From Octopus sinensis (lineage: Eukaryota), in contig NC_043006.1 of the NCBI RefSeq assembly GCF_006345805.1, forward strand, positions 47,244,001 through 47,308,000: 64,000 nt of DNA, given 5' to 3'. A program made the position numbers and the translations under genes. Positions within the stretch are counted from its first letter, which is position 1, and each line of letters starts with the position of its first letter. The notes below the pieces were generated by a model, which searched no databases, was not told the origin of the DNA, and saw only the letters and a program-made list of their open reading frames with translations. Below, piece by piece: positions 63,600-64,000 of this stretch.

Positions 63600-64000
63600 C
63601 TTGAACAAGAGAGACAGTGATACCCTTGTAACCCCAAGGTGCAACCATATGTGTAGGTTGTATCATGTTTTTGTGGAAAACATCACGCATGTGATTAGCA
63701 GCAGTCCTAAAATGTCGTCACCGTGCTACCTTCCTATGCGGCACGCTGTTCATGCTAAAACAACTTAAAATGTCATCGTCAAAGACGACTGTTCTGAAAC
63801 AAACTTTGAAAATCTCTGTTATGGAATACATTCATAAACACTAACACAAGGAATACAAGTGGAGTACTCCCATCAAAACGTCTGTCAAATATAAACATAT
63901 CAGATCAGATATTGTTATTTTGGATAGAGGGGTAAAGATAAGTATCATCATAGAGGTCAGCTGCCCCTCAGGTACAAATATCTCTTTGAAAATGAAAGGA
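63600..64000 (+). pseudogene. R4-like C-terminal Zn-knuckle + restriction-like endonuclease fragment
   Basis: CRLY...ENITHVISS.P....YL.MRH then TPIKTSVKYKHIRSDIVILDRGVKISIIIEVSCP (degenerate PD..E motif). Confidence 0.75.

Noticed and set aside
238-63768. Most ORFs in the supplied six-frame track ([20 protein letters not shown] repeats)
   Set aside because: They are translations of (TA)n, (CA)n, (GA)n and trinucleotide microsatellites or of SINE bodies, with no domain content.

Overview
AT-rich, microsatellite-saturated animal genomic DNA. The repeat families are most consistent with a cephalopod (Octopus-like) genome; this is inference, not proven. No intact protein-coding gene is evident, and nearly all six-frame ORFs are microsatellite artefacts. 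The window is a transposon graveyard. It holds several tRNA-derived SINE families, two mariner elements, hAT-like and Merlin-like MITEs, non-autonomous Helitrons, a piggyBac relic, and fragments of R4-like, RTE-like, CR1/L2-group and Penelope-like (GIY-YIG) retroelements. Three higher-order patterns stand out. (1) About a dozen type I hammerhead-ribozyme motifs lie in short, mostly microsatellite-flanked modules. Two look fully intact, one family carries a compensatory U3:A8 core in all three copies, and one sits in the tail of a tRNA-headed SINE. (2) From about 32.3 to 62.7 kb a composite ~1.2-2 kb unit is repeated more than 10 times in both orientations. Each unit carries a 54-nt AG/GT-bounded open exon-like cassette (xxxCYFGENCREHSxYVK), possibly an amplified relic or cassette array of an EGF/FN3-type receptor gene. 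(3) Fold-back inverted duplications recur throughout. Coordinates were counted by eye and may be off by a few bases at diffuse boundaries.
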